34,429 nt of DNA from a virus: IMG/VR virus record IMGVR_UViG_3300020613_000003; one strand, written 5' to 3'. Below are positions 9,201-18,183 of the stretch, piece by piece. Below the pieces are notes generated by a model. That model did not search any database. It was given only the letters and a program-made list of their open reading frames with translations, and was not told the DNA's origin. The translations under genes and the position numbers were made by a program. How positions within the stretch are numbered: position 1 is the stretch's first letter; each line of letters opens with the position of its first letter.

Positions 9201-11050
9201 TCGGTGGTCCGAAGAACGCAATCAGTAAAATCCCTAAAGTTAAATTTGCGGATGGTACAGGTCTATTCAGCTCATACCGAAACCCAATCACTAGACCAAC
9301 ACTTGCTACACTAAACGATGGTAATGATAGCCCTGAGACTAACAACCAAGAGATGGTAATATTGCCAAACGGTAAATCATTCTTGCCACAAGGTCGCAAT
9401 GTTGAATACCTCTTGCCAGCTGGTTCGGAAGTTATCAATGCCAGTGAATTGGCTATGCTCATGGGTGTTGAACGTGGAGCTTATGCTAAAGGTACTGGTT
9501 TTTGGTCTAAAATCTGGGATACAACTACCAATATAGCTGGCTCAGTTTGGAATGGGATGAAAAACGGTGTCGATAAATTCAAGAAAATGATTGAATTCAT
9601 CGGCGATGTCGTTAAAGACCCAGTTGGAACAATGGCTAAGAAATTCAGTCCTAACGCTGATAAATTGGGCGCTATGTTCAGTCCACTTGGGAATGCACTT
9701 TATAAGAAACCAGTTGAAGAAGCCAAAAACTGGTGGAAAGAGCTTTGGTCAATGGCTAATGCTTCAATGGATGAAGGCACAGCAGCCATGGGTGCCAAAG
9801 GCGATGACTACCGCTTCAAAGATAGAGCTAAAGATGCTGGATCAGACCCTTGGGGATACTATTTCCGTGAGTGTGTGTCATTCGTAGCTAGTCGTTTGGC
9901 AAACCTTGGGGTTAACCCTAGCTTGTTTAGTCATCTAGGTGATGGTAACCAATGGGTATCTGCAAGAGTGCCACACTTGAGCAGACCAAAACCAGGAACG
10001 GTGGCGGTTTACACTGGTGGTCCTATTTCAAGCAACCACGTTGACTTTGTTACAGCAGTTCACGGTGACACTTATGATGGTGAAGAATACAACTATGGCG
10101 GAACTGGTCAGTACCATCAATACACTGGGCGTCATATCAAGAATGCTGCTACATTCCTTGACTTCGGTGTTCGAGATAGTGGAAGTGGCGATGATGGAAA
10201 ACCACTTAAAGACCGCAACAATCCACTACAAAGCTTGATTAAGCGACAAGTCGGTGGCATGTTTGATTGGATTAAGAAAACGCTTGGACCACTACTCAGC
10301 CCTGATTGGGGTGGTGAAGATGGTCCTCAAGGGACTGGTGTAGCTCGTTGGAGAGATTCAGTAGTAAAAGCGTTGGAAGCAAATGGCATTGAAGCAACAA
10401 ACTTCCGTGTGTCTAAGATTTTAGCGACTATACAGAAGGAATCTGGTGGTGACCCTAACGCACAAAATAACTGGGATATTAATGCAAGAATGGGCGACCC
10501 ATCAATTGGATTGATGCAAACTATTAGTCGTACATTTAATGCATTCAAGCACCCAGGACACAACAATATCCGTAATGGATATGATAACTTGCTTGCTGCA
10601 ATCAACTATATCAAGCATCGCTATGGAACATCTGATGCAGCCTTTAACTACGTTGCAACTCATGGTTATGCAAATGGTGGTTTAGTACGCAAGAACGGTG
10701 TTTATGAGCTCGCTGAGGGTGATATGCCAGAGTATGTTATTCCAACCGATATTGCCAAACGTGGCAGAGCGTGGCAATTACTTTCCGAAGCAGTAGCACG
10801 CTTTGCTGGAGATGCCCCACAAGGCAATCACGACAGCACGCCAAACCATGAGCGTGTTTCTGTACTAGAAGACAAGCTAGACGTTATGATTGGTTTGCTT
10901 AGTCAATTGGTAACTAATGGCTCTAAGCCAATCGAGATTCAAAACATCATTGATGGTAGAAGCGTATCAAACGGTCTAGCACCATTTATTACAAAAGCCA
11001 CAAACGAATATGAGCGCAGGCAAGCGCTGTTAGGAGGTCGCATTATTTGA
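6278..11050 (+). CDS. tmp: Tape measure protein with C-terminal CHAP and lytic transglycosylase (SLT) domains
   Basis: 1590 aa with a coiled-coil N-terminal third and W/K-rich periodic repeats (YKHNEKFKKFIDG.. / YKHNKPFKKFVDG..). The CHAP motifs are FRECVSFVASRL and SNHVDFVTAV (~9800-10140). The SLT motifs are IQKESGGDPNA, IGLMQT and AAINYIKHRYG (~10335-10640). Confidence 0.95.
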   Translation: MAKIQATMSTEIALDTLQAADSIKRLTQLVNSSTNAWKAQESQMRSAGDYLGAAQAKYEGLSNTIQNQQQKIEKLKQEQSQLKGSTVEVAEQYLKYQQQIDQATTRLAALENQQRQAKQSLDYHKSGLAELQKEYKAQNEASDTYIKRLKAEGKEDEARQEQLKQYKGSIANLNKQYETQKEMLERIAKQTSKTSEEYLIQKKRLDETATSLAHTRNAANKLNDEIEQSQRSSTFIEHLKESFRRLGNEVDDTEQKTSRLKGIFGATFTANLISNGFQNALGAIKGKFDEIAQSSSEYVKYQQTMNATWLTLTGNAEEGKKMVDMTNQMAQAAANSTEMVDGMNQKFYAVTHNTELTKQQTQAILTLQDAFGQTDAAVENFATQWAQMIANGKVQGQDMMSIINVFPEMKNQLKEVAGQELGIANMTQEQYAKLQSDGKITAEMAQKALFELQDKYKDATVNFSTTIGGLERTIQSRMPAVVAAFRDPIDKTKNPFLQQIGNWVADPKTEGKFKELGEHVSKGLGTIMDAFSKVFNLGDGTDKLNGLIDGLNKFVDNLSKNIANNAPKIVAFFKEAKDSLIALFSIGKSFVGGVWETAVAMIKGVAGAFNLMTGNGKKAKEQVTSLSNALGSIAKHKTAIETVGSLFAAYFVGSKIANGITAVVKGIRAWKTATAGMTVAQKALNLAFASNPIGLVVVGITTAIAALTMLYKHNEKFKKFIDGIVKNIKDGFSNAGKWLGKTWDGMKKTWTGAMDSMTKSTKKGFEKTKTYFTGGEKGIKAFTNTAKKLLVISNPVVAGFELMYKHNKPFKKFVDGTVDHVKDMAKGIAKHMSNLKKDWSDKWDNVKKFASKTWKGVKDNATEAMTSLGKDIDKHHKGINNNWFDGWENSKKFLSKKWDEIGALTQDKFGVKITKLITDALTNIAKFFKDTWDNVKNGFSDMWDGMKHLAGDGINAVIKIPNDGIDGINGLIQDFGGPKNAISKIPKVKFADGTGLFSSYRNPITRPTLATLNDGNDSPETNNQEMVILPNGKSFLPQGRNVEYLLPAGSEVINASELAMLMGVERGAYAKGTGFWSKIWDTTTNIAGSVWNGMKNGVDKFKKMIEFIGDVVKDPVGTMAKKFSPNADKLGAMFSPLGNALYKKPVEEAKNWWKELWSMANASMDEGTAAMGAKGDDYRFKDRAKDAGSDPWGYYFRECVSFVASRLANLGVNPSLFSHLGDGNQWVSARVPHLSRPKPGTVAVYTGGPISSNHVDFVTAVHGDTYDGEEYNYGGTGQYHQYTGRHIKNAATFLDFGVRDSGSGDDGKPLKDRNNPLQSLIKRQVGGMFDWIKKTLGPLLSPDWGGEDGPQGTGVARWRDSVVKALEANGIEATNFRVSKILATIQKESGGDPNAQNNWDINARMGDPSIGLMQTISRTFNAFKHPGHNNIRNGYDNLLAAINYIKHRYGTSDAAFNYVATHGYANGGLVRKNGVYELAEGDMPEYVIPTDIAKRGRAWQLLSEAVARFAGDAPQGNHDSTPNHERVSVLEDKLDVMIGLLSQLVTNGSKPIEIQNIIDGRSVSNGLAPFITKATNEYERRQALLGGRII

Positions 11051-12612
11051 TAGGAATGTCAGTAACTTATGACGGCAAGAACTTAACCGAATTATTCAAT
11101 GAAGGTCAAGGACGTGCCGTTCCAGTGGATGTCACCAAAAACGTGGCATCAAATTTCAACAACAACTATCAAGAACAAGGTCATAGGCGCTACGGTCAGC
11201 AATTCCTATATAACACCTTATCAGTTAAACATATTCAAGTATCGTTTACTCTAGTTGGTAACTACGATTACTTTAATAGCGTAGCTGAAACGCTTGGTGG
11301 CTATCTGAATGTAGATAAACCGAAACCATTGATTTTCGGAGATGAACCTAATAAGGTTTGGGAAGCTATACCATCAGGCCAAGTGTCCTTAACTGTAGAC
11401 AAGAACACCTCACCGATTACCGCAACAGTAACGGTTACATTTGATGTTCCCAAAAGTTACAGCGAAAACAAAGCCGAAGCCTTGGTAAGTAGCGATGGCG
11501 AAACCAAGTTCGGCAGTATTAAAAAGGTATCGACTGGTCATTACAAGGCAACTTTAAAGAACTTTGGTACGGCTGAAACATACCCAGATATTAAGTTAAA
11601 ATTTAATTCAGATAATGGCTGGGTTGGGATTGTGAAATCTGCTACTGAAAGCTACGAGGTTGGTAATCCTAAAGAAGACGACACACGAGCCGTTAAGCGT
11701 TCGGAACTCCTCTTGGACTATCGAAACCCTGAAGACGTCAAACGTGGATTTGCACTAGGTCAAAAAAATGTTGGGCGTTTTAACGACGATTCGGAAAATC
11801 TCAACGGTACACTAGGATTGATTGATGTCTTCGACCGCCCAAACATTGCCTTAACTTCAATGGGAAGCGGACCTAGACAAAAAAATGGTAGCTCGATTAC
11901 ATGGGAAATCCCATCGGATTCCAGTGGTGAAAAAGGCTCACTCAATGATTACATCTGGTGGCGTGAAGTTTTTTGGTTAGGATCGCCTAACCAATACGGT
12001 TATATTAAATTATCCGTAACTGATGAAAACGAAGAGTTTCTCTACGGTGCAGAAACTAAAAAAGTCACTAATGGTCTTGATTGTGAATACAACTTTCTTG
12101 TATCAGACGGGAAAGGTGGCTATAAAATTCTTGAAAACAAACATTTTTACGGTACACACCTAAACGAACACAACCCGTTCAACGCTCCTCGTGGTTGGTC
12201 TGATATTTTGAGAGTAGATGACACGATTCAATTTTATTGGTGGGGTACTTATCCAAGATTTAAAGTACCAGCTTTAAAAGGTCGCAAATCTAAGAAGATT
12301 AATGTCATGTTGGCTAGCCTAGAACAAAAGCCATTAGTAACTCATATGTATCTTGACCAACTCTTGTATAGAAAAGATTTTGTCAATACTATTGAAGATA
12401 TTCCTAATCGATTCAGCATGGGTTCTATCTTAGAGGTGGACATGGCTAAAGGTAAAACCCTCATCGATAACTTGCCAGCATCTAATGAGTTAACATACTT
12501 GTCTGAACCATTCAGCATTAGCACTGGTGAAACTGAAATTGATATCTATACATCAAGCTGGATAGCCAAAGACCCAACAATTGAAATTTCATGGAAGGAA
12601 CGCTTTGTATAA
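11047..12612 (+). CDS. dit: Distal tail protein (Dit), enlarged form
   Basis: 521 aa immediately after tmp. The TTG start at 11047 lies 9 nt after AGGAGG (11032-11037); the alternative ATG at 11056 has poor SD spacing. The size is about twice that of a minimal Dit. Confidence 0.75.
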   Translation: MIGMSVTYDGKNLTELFNEGQGRAVPVDVTKNVASNFNNNYQEQGHRRYGQQFLYNTLSVKHIQVSFTLVGNYDYFNSVAETLGGYLNVDKPKPLIFGDEPNKVWEAIPSGQVSLTVDKNTSPITATVTVTFDVPKSYSENKAEALVSSDGETKFGSIKKVSTGHYKATLKNFGTAETYPDIKLKFNSDNGWVGIVKSATESYEVGNPKEDDTRAVKRSELLLDYRNPEDVKRGFALGQKNVGRFNDDSENLNGTLGLIDVFDRPNIALTSMGSGPRQKNGSSITWEIPSDSSGEKGSLNDYIWWREVFWLGSPNQYGYIKLSVTDENEEFLYGAETKKVTNGLDCEYNFLVSDGKGGYKILENKHFYGTHLNEHNPFNAPRGWSDILRVDDTIQFYWWGTYPRFKVPALKGRKSKKINVMLASLEQKPLVTHMYLDQLLYRKDFVNTIEDIPNRFSMGSILEVDMAKGKTLIDNLPASNELTYLSEPFSISTGETEIDIYTSSWIAKDPTIEISWKERFV

Positions 12613-15600
12613 TGCAAATATGGATTCATGATAAAAGTATGCGTAAAGTGTGTGCTTTGAATAATGAAATTCCAGGAATGTTGCCATATACGAACAGTCA
12701 ATGGCATCAATATCTTGAATACTCAACAAGCACGCTTGACTTCACAATTCCTAAGTTTGTAAATGGAAAACTGCACGATGATATTAAATACATCAATGAC
12801 CAAATGTATGTGTCGTTTTATTATGATAATTCCTACCACGTTTTTTATGTATCAAAACTCGTTGAGAATGATTTTAGTTTTCAAGTCACTTGTAATAACA
12901 CCAACCTTGAATTGGCAATGGAAGTTGCACGACCACTTGCAGATATTGGCGGTGCCAAGAGTGTTGAGTGGTATCTTCAAAATCTTGAGTTGCTTGGTTT
13001 TGCAGGTCTGGAAATAGGTGTCAATGAAATTTCTGATAGAACAAGAACGCTTACTTTTGAATCTCAAAGTGGAACTAAACTAGAGCGACTTCATAGCTTG
13101 ATGAATCAATTTGATGCAGAATTTATTTTCCGTACCGAATTAAACCGAGACGGAACTATGAAACGTTTCATCATCGACATCTACCAAGAAGCAGATGAAA
13201 ACCATCACGGTATAGGTAAGGCAAGAGGAGATGTTGTTCTCTACTACCAAAGCGGATTGAAAGGCGTTCAAGTTACTAGTGATAAAACGCAACTTTTCAA
13301 CGCTGGTAATTTCATTGGACAAGATGGCGTTAACCTAAACGACGTCGAATTTGAGGAAAAGAACGAGCTAGGACAAGTAGAGTTCTATTCTCGAAAGGGC
13401 ACTAGCTTCGTTTTCGCCCCACTATCAAGGGAACGCTACCCATCTACCATGAATCCAGACAGCGCTGATAACTGGACACGTAAGGATTTTCAAACAGAAT
13501 ACAAGGACGTTGAATCCTTAAAAGCTTACGCCTTGCGTACTATCAAGCAGTATGCTTATCCACTATTGACTTACACAGTAGATGTTCAGTCTAGCTTTCT
13601 GGATAACTACAAGGACATTAATCTAGGTGACACTGTTAAAATCATCGATAATAATTTTAGAGGTGGTTTAGCCCTCGAAGCTCGTGTGTCTGAAATGATA
13701 ATCAGCTTTGACAATCCTGCTAATAATTCAGTAGTTTTCACCAACTTTAAAAAGCTGGATAATAAACCATCGGATGCCTTGCAACAACGTATCGATGAGA
13801 TTGTTTCTAAGTCATTGCCATATCATGTTGAGATAAGGACCACAAACGGTACAGTATTTAAGAACGGCATTGGTCGTTCTACTGTTAAACCAATTTTGAA
13901 ACAAGGCGATAAAATTGTTGATGCAACTTATCGATTTGTGATTGACGGTACTATTAAATACGTAGGTATGACCTATGACATGGTAGCGTCAGAGATTAAC
14001 CAACCAACCACGCTTACTATCTCAGCGTGGGTAGATAACAAAGAAGTAGCTTCAGAAGAAGTTACTTTTGTAAATGTATCAGACGGTAAACAAGGGCCTA
14101 AAGGAGACAATGGTAAAGATGGAGTTGGATTAAAAACAACTACCATAGTTTATGGTCTTAGCGACAGCGATTCTACCAAACCTAATAACTGGTCTAGTCA
14201 GCCACCTGCATTGGTTAAGGGTAAATATCTATGGACTAAAACTATTTGGACGTACACTGACTCATCTAGTGAAACAGGTTATCAAAAAACTTACATTGCT
14301 AAAGATGGTAACGACGGTAATGACGGTCTTCCAGGTAAGGATGGTGTTGGGTTAGTTAATACAACCGTTGAATATCTAAAATATACCGACGGTCAAACAA
14401 TCCCAAAGGCAAAATACTATTCAAAATTCAATTGGAATGGTTTAACTTTACCTCAGCATTTAAAAAATAACTGGGTTCAAGACTTGACTCTCATTGAGAG
14501 CGGAAAACCTGTAAAATACACAGACTTATCGGTCGGAGAGTTTGTAACTGACAAAACTGGTGAGATATTACAAATCAAAGAGGTTTTTGGAACTGGTGGA
14601 GGTCCTAAAAACCCGGGAACCTTCAATTTAAATCCATCTATTGGAAAATGGAGTAAAGAAATTCCTACAGTGCCAGCTGGGCAGTATCTATGGACTAGAA
14701 CCACATGGTTTTACTCAGACGGTACTAGTGAACAAGGATTTTCAGTTGCTAAGATGGGAGAACGTGGTCCTAAAGGAGACAAAGGTGAGCGTGGTTTACA
14801 AGGACCGAAGGGTGACCAAGGTATACCTGGTCCTAAGGGTGCTGACGGTAAGACACAGTATACCCATATCGCTTACGCTGACACGGTTTCAGGTAGTGGC
14901 TTTAGTCAAACTGACTCAAGCAAGGCGTTCATTGGTATGTACCAAGACTTCAACGCTACAGATAGTCAAAACCCACAAGACTATCGTTGGACGAAATGGA
15001 AAGGTAGTGACGGAAAAGACGGTATCCCTGGTCCTAAAGGGGCAGATGGACGCACACCTTACGTGCATTTTGCTTATGCAGATAGTGCAGATGGCAGAGA
15101 GGGTTTCAGTTTGACACAGACTGGAAGTAAACGCTATTTAGGTGTGCTAACCAACTTCATCAAAGAAGATAGCACTAACCCAGATGACTATACATGGAGT
15201 GATACAGCGGGAAGTATTTCAATTGGTGGCAGGAACCTCTTGAATGGCTCAAAAGGTCCTTTTAAACCTGACCGTAAACCGACAGAAAACTTTGATAATT
15301 ACGTTTATTATGAAAATGAAACTTCTGTCTACTTAGAGCAAGGAAAGCAGTATATCATTAGCGCAAAAACAGATGGCAATTTTGTTAATTATCATGATGG
15401 TTCAAATGAAAGTGACAATGTAACACTCTGGTTATTTACTTTCTGGGATGTGGTTGATATTGTTTCTGATTCAAAAACAGGTACTACAGGAACTCAGTTT
15501 ACTTGGAATCACCCGACAGGTACATATCATCTACGTGTCAATACATATCACAAAGAAGCTATCAAATCTGTTTGGGAAGTTAAGATTGAAGAAGGAACAG

Positions 15601-16154
15601 TCAAAACAGATTGGACTCCTTCCGTCGAGGATGTACAAAAAGATATAAATAGCAAGGCAGACGATGTTCTGACTCAAGCACAACTAAACAAGCTCAACGA
15701 GATTAATTCAGTTATGAAAGCTGAATTGGATGCTAAAGCGTCTCTTGATACACTCAATCAGTGGGTGGAAGCCTATCAAAATTTTGTTAACGCAAACAAT
15801 GCCAATCGTGCACAAGCTGAAAAAGATTTAGCTGATGCAAGTGCTCGTGTAACTAAACTAGAAAACGACTTAAATGATATGTCAGAACGTTGGAATTTCA
15901 TTGATAGTTACATGAGTGCATCAAACGAAGGTCTTGTGGTTGGTAAAACAGACAATTCTAGTTCTATGCTATTCAGTCCAAACGGTCGTATTTCAATGTT
16001 TTCAGCTGGGAACGAGGTAATGTATATCTCGCAAGGTGTGATTCATATTGAAAATGGTATTTTCTCGAAAACCATTCAAATTGGACGGTATCGAGAGGAA
16101 CAAGATATTATTAATCCAGACCGTAATGTAATTAGATACGTAGGAGGTGCATAA
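12612..16154 (+). CDS. tal: Tail-associated protein / host-specificity (antireceptor) protein with collagen-like repeats
   Basis: The ATG at 12612 overlaps the Dit stop (TAATG) and gives MQIWIHDK.., a typical Tal N-terminus. The track start at 12591 lies inside dit. There are four G-X-Y stretches plus a duplicated module; the protein is 1180 aa. Confidence 0.85.
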   Translation: MQIWIHDKSMRKVCALNNEIPGMLPYTNSQWHQYLEYSTSTLDFTIPKFVNGKLHDDIKYINDQMYVSFYYDNSYHVFYVSKLVENDFSFQVTCNNTNLELAMEVARPLADIGGAKSVEWYLQNLELLGFAGLEIGVNEISDRTRTLTFESQSGTKLERLHSLMNQFDAEFIFRTELNRDGTMKRFIIDIYQEADENHHGIGKARGDVVLYYQSGLKGVQVTSDKTQLFNAGNFIGQDGVNLNDVEFEEKNELGQVEFYSRKGTSFVFAPLSRERYPSTMNPDSADNWTRKDFQTEYKDVESLKAYALRTIKQYAYPLLTYTVDVQSSFLDNYKDINLGDTVKIIDNNFRGGLALEARVSEMIISFDNPANNSVVFTNFKKLDNKPSDALQQRIDEIVSKSLPYHVEIRTTNGTVFKNGIGRSTVKPILKQGDKIVDATYRFVIDGTIKYVGMTYDMVASEINQPTTLTISAWVDNKEVASEEVTFVNVSDGKQGPKGDNGKDGVGLKTTTIVYGLSDSDSTKPNNWSSQPPALVKGKYLWTKTIWTYTDSSSETGYQKTYIAKDGNDGNDGLPGKDGVGLVNTTVEYLKYTDGQTIPKAKYYSKFNWNGLTLPQHLKNNWVQDLTLIESGKPVKYTDLSVGEFVTDKTGEILQIKEVFGTGGGPKNPGTFNLNPSIGKWSKEIPTVPAGQYLWTRTTWFYSDGTSEQGFSVAKMGERGPKGDKGERGLQGPKGDQGIPGPKGADGKTQYTHIAYADTVSGSGFSQTDSSKAFIGMYQDFNATDSQNPQDYRWTKWKGSDGKDGIPGPKGADGRTPYVHFAYADSADGREGFSLTQTGSKRYLGVLTNFIKEDSTNPDDYTWSDTAGSISIGGRNLLNGSKGPFKPDRKPTENFDNYVYYENETSVYLEQGKQYIISAKTDGNFVNYHDGSNESDNVTLWLFTFWDVVDIVSDSKTGTTGTQFTWNHPTGTYHLRVNTYHKEAIKSVWEVKIEEGTVKTDWTPSVEDVQKDINSKADDVLTQAQLNKLNEINSVMKAELDAKASLDTLNQWVEAYQNFVNANNANRAQAEKDLADASARVTKLENDLNDMSERWNFIDSYMSASNEGLVVGKTDNSSSMLFSPNGRISMFSAGNEVMYISQGVIHIENGIFSKTIQIGRYREEQDIINPDRNVIRYVGGA
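14094..15056 (+). repeat. Collagen-like G-X-Y repeat blocks within tal (14094-14129, 14307-14351, 14757-14855, 15003-15056)
   Basis: The translations are GPKGDNGKDGVG, GNDGNDGLPGKDGVG, GERGPKGDKGERGLQGPKGDQGIPGPKGADGKT and GSDGKDGIPGPKGADGRT. The last two blocks also share nucleotide identity (cctggtcctaa.gg.gc.ga.gg). Confidence 0.9.
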
Positions 16155-18169
16155 TGGCTGAATTTTGGAGTAATAACGACCGTGGATATCGCATCAGACT
16201 TTGGGTCGACCAGGTTGGTCAAGATATCCAAAACAATACAAGTCAAGTTAGATTGCGATTAGCGTTACTAAATACGACAACTACGTTTGCTCAATATCAA
16301 TGTAGTGCTTATGTCGAATTTAACGGTCAACGATTGAATTGGTCTGGTTCACCTAGCATGTTGGGGTGGAATCAAACAATTCCATTGATAGACCAAACAA
16401 TTACTGTTAGACATGCTGATGATGGAGTTGGTGTCTTCGGTGTATATGCTCACTTCAACGGTTCTGGTGGATGGAGCCCTGGAAATCTAGATATTGGTAA
16501 TCAGCAAATAACACTGACAACTATCCCAAGGGGAAGCTCGGTGAGAGTGTCTGATGGGTTCATTGGCAATCAAGTAGACATCTCTATCGATAAAAAAGTA
16601 GGTAGCGCTACACATACACTACGCTATTCTTGGTACAACAAACAAGGTAAAATTGCCGACAATGTTGGAACGTCGTATAAATGGACAATCCCAGAAGATT
16701 TCGCTAACGATATACCAAATTCAACAAGTGGACGGGGTACTATATATGTAGATACTTATATTAATGGAAATTTCATTCAAACACAGTCGACAACGTTCAC
16801 GGCAAGTGTTATCACAAATAACATGAAGCCGTCGTTAACTGGTTTCACGTTGACAGATGCTAATCCAGTATCTCAAAGAGTAATCCCAGAATCAACGCAT
16901 TTTGTTTCCATCATGTCGCTTGTCAAAGTTACATTTAATGGAGCTCAAGCCAAGAGCGGGGCTACCATAGATGGTTACTATGCTGAAATTGTTGGCGCTA
17001 ACAATTCTGTTACTGAGAATGGCGGAGTGTTGCGTGAGGTGTCTGTTAACAAAGACACTGAAATGACCTTAAGAGGAAGGGTTCTAGATTCTCGTGGGAT
17101 ATGGTCTGATTGGGTAGAGACGAAACTAATGTTTCTATTCTATTTTAGCCCAGCACTAAGATTCGAGGTTAAGAGAAGTGATAAGAAGTTAGATATCCTA
17201 ACTATTAAGAGATTCGCTAAAATAGCACCACTTACATTTAACGGCATGCAGAAAAACACCATGAAGCTGACTTTCACCACACGAAAATTCGATTCTTATA
17301 CTGAGGTTCTAGATAATGGCCAAGCTGGTGGAAGTTGGTCACAGGTTTCTGAATTTAACGCATCTGATGCCAACCTTGGTAATCGTTATCCTGCAGATAC
17401 ATCATATATCGTTACAGGGAAATTAGAAGATGAGTTTACAAGCACTTCATTCCAAGTCACCGTTCCAACCGATGAAGTTATTATGACCTATGATCGTCAA
17501 GGCGTTGGGATTGGTAAGTACCGAGAGCGTGGTGCTCTTGATGTTGACGGTGATATTTATGCTAACAATAACCCCATCCAACAATATCAGCTAACCAATA
17601 ATAACGGTGGTCCCAAATGGAATGTTCACGATGCAAACAGATTTTATCTACCGGGACAATACATCCTTGGCCCATCGGCACCGGGAAATCCTAATGGTCA
17701 GTGGGGGTTTCTATTCCATTACGGCTACAATGGAAATAATACTGACGGTACAAAAGAAGCTATCCAGACTTTCTGGAGTAATGATGGTCATCTATTTGTT
17801 AGGCATCATCGATGGTCGGAAATAATCGACGACTGGGAACCGTGGAAAGAGTTTGCTAGGAATGATAACACAAACCTCATTAATACAGGATGGCAGTATG
17901 CAGGATACGAGGGTAGCTATTACAAGCGTGTCGGAGATGTGTTGACAGTTAAATATAATTTTACTGGTAATGGGAATAATATTACCTTTGCAACAATACC
18001 AAAAGAAATTTTCACAGCCCCGCAATCATACATGTACGTAATAGCAGATTGGACCAATGACGGAAGTTACAATACTCACGCCCAAATAAGTAATGGAACT
18101 AGCTCTATTATTGCAATTAATACTAAAAATGATGTCATATATAGAGGTCAACTCACAATTATGCTATAA
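16154..18169 (+). CDS. Baseplate / tail fibre-like structural protein (possible receptor-binding accessory protein)
   Basis: 671 aa. Its ATG overlaps the tal stop (TAATG) and SD is aggaggtg. It occupies the conserved position distal to Tal in cos-type S. thermophilus phages. No catalytic motif was recognised. Confidence 0.7.
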   Translation: MAEFWSNNDRGYRIRLWVDQVGQDIQNNTSQVRLRLALLNTTTTFAQYQCSAYVEFNGQRLNWSGSPSMLGWNQTIPLIDQTITVRHADDGVGVFGVYAHFNGSGGWSPGNLDIGNQQITLTTIPRGSSVRVSDGFIGNQVDISIDKKVGSATHTLRYSWYNKQGKIADNVGTSYKWTIPEDFANDIPNSTSGRGTIYVDTYINGNFIQTQSTTFTASVITNNMKPSLTGFTLTDANPVSQRVIPESTHFVSIMSLVKVTFNGAQAKSGATIDGYYAEIVGANNSVTENGGVLREVSVNKDTEMTLRGRVLDSRGIWSDWVETKLMFLFYFSPALRFEVKRSDKKLDILTIKRFAKIAPLTFNGMQKNTMKLTFTTRKFDSYTEVLDNGQAGGSWSQVSEFNASDANLGNRYPADTSYIVTGKLEDEFTSTSFQVTVPTDEVIMTYDRQGVGIGKYRERGALDVDGDIYANNNPIQQYQLTNNNGGPKWNVHDANRFYLPGQYILGPSAPGNPNGQWGFLFHYGYNGNNTDGTKEAIQTFWSNDGHLFVRHHRWSEIIDDWEPWKEFARNDNTNLINTGWQYAGYEGSYYKRVGDVLTVKYNFTGNGNNITFATIPKEIFTAPQSYMYVIADWTNDGSYNTHAQISNGTSSIIAINTKNDVIYRGQLTIML

Positions 18170-18183
18170 ATGAAAGGAAAAAA

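Noticed and set aside
7558-9462. Long minus-strand ORFs inside the tape measure gene (7558..8259, 233 aa, and 8587..9462, 291 aa; also 6964..7636)
   Set aside because: They lie antisense to a very confident 1590-aa gene, have no SD or promoter, and translate to low-complexity hydrophobic or Ser/Leu-rich sequence. They reflect the biased codon composition of the sense strand (Lys/Ala/Gly-rich), so they are taken as frame shadows.
12591-12611. The upstream ATG (12591) as the tal start, as drawn in the ORF track
   Set aside because: It lies inside the dit coding region without an SD. The ATG at 12612 overlaps the dit stop (TAATG coupling) and yields a typical Tal N-terminus.
14641-15114. A 157-aa alternative-frame + strand ORF within tal
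   Set aside because: It overlaps the collagen-like G-X-Y region, where the triplet periodicity suppresses stops in other frames. It has no SD and a nonsensical Val/Leu/Thr-rich translation.
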